Below, in pieces: positions 48,341-53,140 of a stretch of DNA of 53,140 nucleotides. The translations under genes and the position numbers were made by a program. The notes under the pieces are model-generated. The model was not told the origin of the DNA, searched no databases, and was given only the letters and a program-made list of their open reading frames with translations. Within the stretch, counting starts at the first letter, position 1. Every line of letters begins with the position of its first letter. Where the stretch lies: positions 1 through 53,140 of the forward strand of contig JAWBSP010000007.1 in assembly GCA_038842485.1 (NCBI GenBank), in the 5' to 3' direction. This DNA is from Candidatus Hadarchaeales archaeon. GTDB taxonomy: Archaea; Hadarchaeota; Hadarchaeia; Hadarchaeales; JAWBSP01.

Positions 48341-49335
48341 ATCCTGGGGATGGGATCGCCGGCAGGCATGGGCACCACCCTCCTCCCCCCCACGCTTGTC
48401 CTGAGCGCGACCATCCCGGGATGCTCCTCCGTCACCTCCCCTATTAGAGCGGCTCTCTCCCCCCTTCGGGTTCTCCTGATCGCCTCGAGCACTTTCTCGG
48501 CATCCCCGGGGCGAACACCCATCACCACTCTTCCCTCGCACGCCAGGGTCAGCACATCCAGACCTAGCAGATCGCAGAGGTTCCTCACCTCTTCCGAAAC
48601 GGGAAGCAGGCTCTCCTCCAGCTCTATGCCCACGCCTGACTTTTCCGCCAAATCGTTCAGGGCCGCGGCCAGACCTCCTCTTGTGGGGTCTTTCATGGCG
48701 GTGACCTCACCGGCCCGCATGGCAGCCTCGACCACCTCTAGGACGGGCGCGGCATCGGATTGAATGGGCCCGAACCCATACCTGCAGGCAAGGATGCAGG
48801 CCCCATGCTCCCCGATGGTGCCGCTGATGAGAATTTTGTCCCCAGCTCTCAGACCGGAGTTCTTGACAACTCTCTCTGCAAGCCCCACACCCGTGGTCGT
48901 TATTACAGGACCGTCGACGCCGTTTTTCTCCGCGACCTTCAGGTCCCCGGTGATGATAGGAACCTTCACCTCAAGGGAGACTCGGTTGATCGATTTGCAG
49001 ATTTCCAGCAAGTCCCTTTTCTCCATCCCCTCCGGCAGAACCATGGAGCACGCCATGGCTAGTGGTCTGGCACCCATCACCGCAAGGTCGTTAACCGTCC
49101 CGGAGACGGCTAGGCTGCCTATGTTCCCGCCTGGGAAGAAGGTGGGCCTCACCGTATAGGAGTCGGTGGTCAGCACCAAGCTCTTTCCCTCTATCTCCAC
49201 CGTGGCTCCATCCTGAAGCTCGTCCAACCCAATCTCCCCAGCTCTCCTCAGCGACAGCTCCTTCAGTACGAGTTCCCGAATGAGCTCCGACATTAACTTC
49301 CCGCCGGCCCCATGAACCCAACTTATCCGCTCCAC
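48334..49335 (-). CDS. hypE: [NiFe]-hydrogenase maturation protein HypE
   Basis: HGAGG, TTDSY, GTVNDLA, KDPTRGG, C-terminal PRIC; GTG 49335 with a GGAG SD. Confidence 0.95.
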   Translation of the reverse strand: MERISWVHGAGGKLMSELIRELVLKELSLRRAGEIGLDELQDGATVEIEGKSLVLTTDSYTVRPTFFPGGNIGSLAVSGTVNDLAVMGARPLAMACSMVLPEGMEKRDLLEICKSINRVSLEVKVPIITGDLKVAEKNGVDGPVITTTGVGLAERVVKNSGLRAGDKILISGTIGEHGACILACRYGFGPIQSDAAPVLEVVEAAMRAGEVTAMKDPTRGGLAAALNDLAEKSGVGIELEESLLPVSEEVRNLCDLLGLDVLTLACEGRVVMGVRPGDAEKVLEAIRRTRRGERAALIGEVTEEHPGMVALRTSVGGRRVVPMPAGDPIPRIC

Positions 49336-49394
49336 AACCTTCTCCTTTCCCCAGCTTATGAGAAGCCTATTCCCTGTGGCCCCAAACCAAAATT

Positions 49395-49667
49395 TTACTT
49401 TTTCAGTCCCAGGCTTGCCAGCCAGAGGATCAACACAGGGATGAACATCAGCAAACCCAGTAGCGCCCCCGACTCCACCCAACCCTCCGTGGCGACGCTC
49501 AGGAATTCTCCTCCCTCCTTCCACCACCCTATGAGATGGTCGACCAGAATCATCAGCGTGGCGCCCCAGAGCATCAGGGAGAGGAAGCCAAGTTGGTACC
49601 TGCCCCCCAGCGCGAACTTAGCAGCAGTTGCGGCGATTGCCAGCAGCGCAGTGGTTACGAGCCACAT
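49395..49667 (-). CDS. Uncharacterised small membrane protein (3 TM), paralog of its upstream neighbour
   Basis: 90 aa; LWGATLMILVDHL; ATG abuts the upstream stop. Confidence 0.8.
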   Translation of the reverse strand: MWLVTTALLAIAATAAKFALGGRYQLGFLSLMLWGATLMILVDHLIGWWKEGGEFLSVATEGWVESGALLGLLMFIPVLILWLASLGLKK

Positions 49668-50000
49668 CTACTTCCGCGTGAGTACCCCCAATCTCGGTCC
49701 AATCCTTGCCCTTTCTGCTATTTTTAGGTCAACGAGCACCATTCCCGACCAAACGGCAAGGATGAGAAAAGTCATCGGGACCCCCACCGTCAACATTTCG
49801 GGCAGGACCTCATGAATGCCGGCGGTTAGGAAAGGTGGGTAGGGGACTATTTCGCCGTGTGCAAGGTGCTCGATGGCTAGCATGAGGACACCCCCCCACA
49901 GCAGGGCGTTGAGCCAGCTCACTTTGAGCTTTTCTGGAAACTTCCGTGAAAAAGCCGTGGTCAGAATCGCCAGCCCCATCGGGACGAGGAAGCATGCCAT
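49668..50000 (-). CDS. Uncharacterised small membrane protein (3 TM), candidate metal permease subunit
   Basis: 110 aa; MACFLVP N-terminus; LWGGVLMLAIEHLAHGE; TATA box about 25 bp upstream. Confidence 0.82.
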   Translation of the reverse strand: MACFLVPMGLAILTTAFSRKFPEKLKVSWLNALLWGGVLMLAIEHLAHGEIVPYPPFLTAGIHEVLPEMLTVGVPMTFLILAVWSGMVLVDLKIAERARIGPRLGVLTRK

Positions 50001-50003
50001 CCG

Positions 50004-50031
50004 GTATTATTTTTTACTATTTAAATATTAC
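50004..50031. promoter_or_regulatory. NikR-type operator overlapping a TATA box
   Basis: GTATTA-N16(AT-rich)-TATTAC, the same 6-16-6 geometry as the E. coli NikR site GTATGA-N16-TCATAC. Minus-strand TTTAAATA at 50018-50025 lies inside it. nikR is divergent. Confidence 0.8.
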
Positions 50032-50198
50032 AGTCAAGCCACGAGCGAGGCACTCAAGCACGGGACAAGACTGTAGCACAACCCTCGGCTCCTCGAACCG
50101 CGCAAACGTTGACCGGTGTTTCTGGAGTCTATTCCGGAGTTCATCTAGTTAGCAAATCCGAACGTTGGTTGCTATCTTTCCCCTGCATAAGAAATACG

Positions 50199-50606
50199 AT
50201 GGAAAAGCTGACTCGGGTGAGCCTGACCCTGTCCGAGGATCTTCTGAAAGAGCTTGACGAGTTCCTTTCTAGGACAAAATACGCGAGCAGGTCGGAGGCC
50301 ATTAGGGATGCCCTCCAAGCCTTCCTGTCCGAGCAGAGACAGTTGAGGGGGGAGAAGGGGGAATGTGCCGGAGTTGCCATCCTTCTTTACGACCACGAGA
50401 CCCCCGGCTTGGTGGATAAGCTTCTGGACCTTCAGCATTCAGCGGGGGGCAGAGTTATGGGCAGCCACCACATCCACTTGAGTCCTGAGGAGTGCCTCGA
50501 AACGATTGCCCTGAAGGGGGAGGCGGGCGAGCTTGGGGAGCTTGTCACCAAGATGGGGGCTCTGAGGGGGGTCAAATTTGCCAAGTTCGTTCGAGTGAAG
50601 GGCTGA
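50199..50606 (+). CDS. nikR: Nickel-responsive transcriptional regulator NikR
   Basis: RHH domain RVSLTL...SRSEAIRDA; Ni site QH...HIHL...CLE; ATG 50199. Confidence 0.92.
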   Translation: MEKLTRVSLTLSEDLLKELDEFLSRTKYASRSEAIRDALQAFLSEQRQLRGEKGECAGVAILLYDHETPGLVDKLLDLQHSAGGRVMGSHHIHLSPEECLETIALKGEAGELGELVTKMGALRGVKFAKFVRVKG

Positions 50607-52096
50607 TGTCCGTCTTCGTGGCGGTTGATCTCGGTGCCACTGCCGGAAGGATTTTTTCCGGAAGGCTGGCGGGGGATAGGCTGGAGATCGAGGAAATCTA
50701 CAGGTTTCCCAACATCCCTGTGAGGATTGGGAGGAGCCTCTTCTGGGATGTTTTGAGCCTCTGGAGGGAGGTGAAGCAGGGCATCTCCCTGGCGACCTCA
50801 AGGTGCGGCGAGGTTTCCTCCGTCGGGGTGGACACTTGGGGGATAGACTTTGCCCTGCTGGGAAGGGACGGGGAGCTGCTCGGAAACCCCCACCTGTACA
50901 GGGACCCGCGAACGGAGGGCATGATGGAAAGAGTCTTTCAGGTGGTGCCGAGGGAGGAGGTCTACTACCGGACGGGAATCCAGTTCATGAGGATAAATTC
51001 CCTCTATCACCTCTACTACCTCTCCCTCCACAACCGCCCCCTCCTTCAGGCGGCGGACAGACTGCTAATGATACCGGACCTGTTCAACTACTGGCTCTGC
51101 GGGGAGAAAGTTTGTGAGTTCACCGACGCCACCACCACCCAGTTCTACAATCCGAGAAAGGGGTGGTGGGATGTGGAGCTGCTTCAAAGGCTCGATATCC
51201 CCACGCATTTTTTGGCCGAGATAGTGCCCCCGGGAACCAAGCTGGGAATGGTCAGTGAGGCCCTTACCTCCGAGCTGGGGAGGTTTGAGGTGGTGGCAAC
51301 GGCCTCTCACGATACTGCCTCCGCCGTTGCGGCGACACCCCTGGAGGGTGAGGATTCCGCGTACATAAGCTCCGGCACTTGGTCCCTAGTGGGTGCCGAA
51401 GTTCCTGAACCGGTCATTAATCCGACCTCCATGGAGTACAATTTCACCAACGAGGGAGGGGTCTTTGGAACCTTCAGGCTCTTACGGGATGTGCAGGGGA
51501 TGTGGCTGCTGGATGAATGCAGAAGGATCTGGTCAGCCCAGGGAAAGGAGCATCCGCCCGAAAAAATTGTGGAGCTTGCTAGCAGGGCCGAGCCCTTCCG
51601 CGCGTTTATCGATCCCGACGATCCAAGGTTCGTTTCCCCCCTTAACATGGTGGAGGAGATCGCTGGTTATCTCAGGGAAACGGGACAGCCGGGAGCGGGG
51701 GGAGTCGGGGAAATGGCGAGGATCATTTACGAAAGTCTGGCCTTCAAGTACAGGCTCGTGCTGGAGCAGCTGCAGGCCCTCACGGGAAGAAAAATCCGCA
51801 GGATCCATGTGGTCGGGGGTGGATCGAAAAACTGGCTGCTCAACCAGCTCACGGCCGACTTCACCGGATTGGAGGTAGTGGCGGGGCCCACAGAGGCCAC
51901 CTCCATAGGAAATCTGCTGATGCAGGCGGTGGCGGCCGGTCTACTTGGGACTCACCGTCAGTTGAGGGAGGTTGTCAGGAATTCCTTTCCGCTGAAGGTT
52001 TACACCCCTTCCGGCGTTGAGGTCGACGAGGCTTATGAAAGGTTCTTGAAGGTCACCGGTTTGGCCCGAACTTCGCCCTCAGTCCGCTTGAACTAG
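50606..52096 (+). CDS. rhaB: Rhamnulokinase-like FGGY sugar kinase
   Basis: AVDLGATAGR, GVDTWGIDF, YRDPRT, HDTASA, SSGTWSL, TNEGG. Confidence 0.8.
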   Translation: MSVFVAVDLGATAGRIFSGRLAGDRLEIEEIYRFPNIPVRIGRSLFWDVLSLWREVKQGISLATSRCGEVSSVGVDTWGIDFALLGRDGELLGNPHLYRDPRTEGMMERVFQVVPREEVYYRTGIQFMRINSLYHLYYLSLHNRPLLQAADRLLMIPDLFNYWLCGEKVCEFTDATTTQFYNPRKGWWDVELLQRLDIPTHFLAEIVPPGTKLGMVSEALTSELGRFEVVATASHDTASAVAATPLEGEDSAYISSGTWSLVGAEVPEPVINPTSMEYNFTNEGGVFGTFRLLRDVQGMWLLDECRRIWSAQGKEHPPEKIVELASRAEPFRAFIDPDDPRFVSPLNMVEEIAGYLRETGQPGAGGVGEMARIIYESLAFKYRLVLEQLQALTGRKIRRIHVVGGGSKNWLLNQLTADFTGLEVVAGPTEATSIGNLLMQAVAAGLLGTHRQLREVVRNSFPLKVYTPSGVEVDEAYERFLKVTGLARTSPSVRLN

Positions 52097-52437
52097 AAGG
52101 ACTTGCAATAACAGATTCTCAGCTTTTCACCGTAAACTTTAGGTTCCGGGAGCTTCTCGGCTTCCTCGGGTGAGATTTCATCAACCCTGAGCCAGCCATG
52201 CATCATGGCGTTGGCGCGCATGCCGACGTCGATCTTGCGGAGGCAGAGGGCCATGTCTTTTTGTAGGCTGTGAGCACTTTTTTGGAGCTTCAAAATTTCT
52301 CTCAAGAGCTTGTGGGTGGAATGAGTGCTTTCCTCCACTATTTTCCTAATGACTTGCTGGGTCGAGTGGGCGGTAATCAGTTGCGTGGCAATGATGGAAA
52401 CCCCAAGCATTAGCAGGCTGAGCACCTCAGGCATCAT
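52093..52437 (-). CDS. Hypothetical protein with an N-terminal TM helix and coiled-coil
   Basis: 114 aa; GAGGT SD-like element upstream; hydrophobic N-terminus then a heptad-like helix. Confidence 0.6.
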   Translation of the reverse strand: MMPEVLSLLMLGVSIIATQLITAHSTQQVIRKIVEESTHSTHKLLREILKLQKSAHSLQKDMALCLRKIDVGMRANAMMHGWLRVDEISPEEAEKLPEPKVYGEKLRICYCKSF

Positions 52438-52539
52438 TTTTCTTTACCTCTCTGGGTTAATCCCATTGAGGATGTGGTGAGGCGCCCCCTTTTAAAGGGG
52501 AAATTACCAGTCCGTTCTCAGGTTTGAGTGAAATGCTGT

Positions 52540-53140
52540 TTAAACCTTTGGGGGGCTGAGCGTTCTCTCTATGCTCTTGAGCCCGGTGATGCACTCCTCG
52601 GCGTAAATATCGAAGAGTTCCGGGCAAACCTGTTTAGTTAGGGCGTCGTACGGGTCAGCCAGCGGTGGGAGGGGTTCCATGGCCAGATAGCGCTCGTAGC
52701 CGATCTCTTTCAAGGCCCGCAGAATGGATTTAAAATCGGTGTGTCCCCTGCCGACCGACTGCCGGTTGCTGTCGGCCACGTGCATATGGATGAGCATCCT
52801 CCCCGCCCTTCTGATCGCCGAGGCCGGATCCGCCTCCTCGATGTTCATGTGGAAGCAGTCCAGCATGATCTTTACGTTCTCAGCCGCCACTTCCTTGGCG
52901 AATTCGAGGGCCTGCTCGGCGTTGTTGAGGAGGTGCGTTTCGTACCTGTTTATCGGCTCCACCGCTATCTCTATTCCCTTTTCCAGCGCATACTCAGCCA
53001 CCTTTCGGACTGATTCGACCGCCCACTCCCGCTCCTTTTCTCTGGGTGCCAGCGGCTTGGTCTTCCCAACTGGTGAGGGCAGTACCACCACGAGCGGCGC
53101 TCCCACGGCGGAGGCGAAATCCGTGCACCTGCGGAGGTAT
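52540..53140 (-). CDS. Sugar phosphate isomerase/ketose 3-epimerase family (TIM barrel), 5' end outside the window
   Basis: EPINRYE, DCFHMNIEE, HMHVADSNR..G.GH, ME metal-ligand motifs. Confidence 0.88.
   Translation of the reverse strand, partial: YLRRCTDFASAVGAPLVVVLPSPVGKTKPLAPREKEREWAVESVRKVAEYALEKGIEIAVEPINRYETHLLNNAEQALEFAKEVAAENVKIMLDCFHMNIEEADPASAIRRAGRMLIHMHVADSNRQSVGRGHTDFKSILRALKEIGYERYLAMEPLPPLADPYDALTKQVCPELFDIYAEECITGLKSIERTLSPPKV

Noticed and set aside
1-53140. tRNA, rRNA, CRISPR arrays, IS elements, prophage
   Set aside because: Intergenic gaps are short; by eye I found no cloverleaf, spaced repeat, transposase or integrase.

Overview
Gene-dense, GC-rich archaeal chromosomal segment. 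Evidence for Archaea: thermosome, Alba, GatD, aIF2-alpha/Nop10/eS27/eL42, Rpp29, aIF1, and TATA boxes about 25 bp before many starts. The gene mix suggests an anaerobic, probably thermophilic lineage such as Hadarchaeia, but that is inference only. From left to right: an antitoxin-like gene cut by the window edge; a stand-alone GltD/NfnB-type flavoprotein; a 2-oxoacid:ferredoxin oxidoreductase operon whose delta subunit is split by an inserted NADP(H) flavoprotein module and whose beta subunit carries a LAGLIDADG intein; acs, argS, gatD; aroC-aroK and a chorismate mutase/ACT fusion; pdaD, thermosome, alba, aspS; the eL42-eS27-aIF2a-Nop10-PAC2 cluster; a type IV pilus locus with MinD and a KaiC-like protein; a eukaryote-type topoisomerase IB; ahcY-mtaD-pfpI joined to a ribosomal protein cluster that ends at uL24; rtcB; dtxR-feoB with tandem operators; hypEDC; nikR; and sugar kinase/epimerase genes. 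The best novelty candidates are: (1) two paralogous uncharacterised small membrane proteins under a well-formed NikR operator and upstream of hypEDC, a candidate new nickel uptake system; (2) an apparent ATC start codon for rpp29 directly behind the start-codon-fidelity factor aIF1; (3) the PorD::flavoprotein insertion fusion; (4) TopIB carrying two camptothecin-resistance-type substitutions. No rRNA, tRNA, CRISPR array or IS element was recognised.
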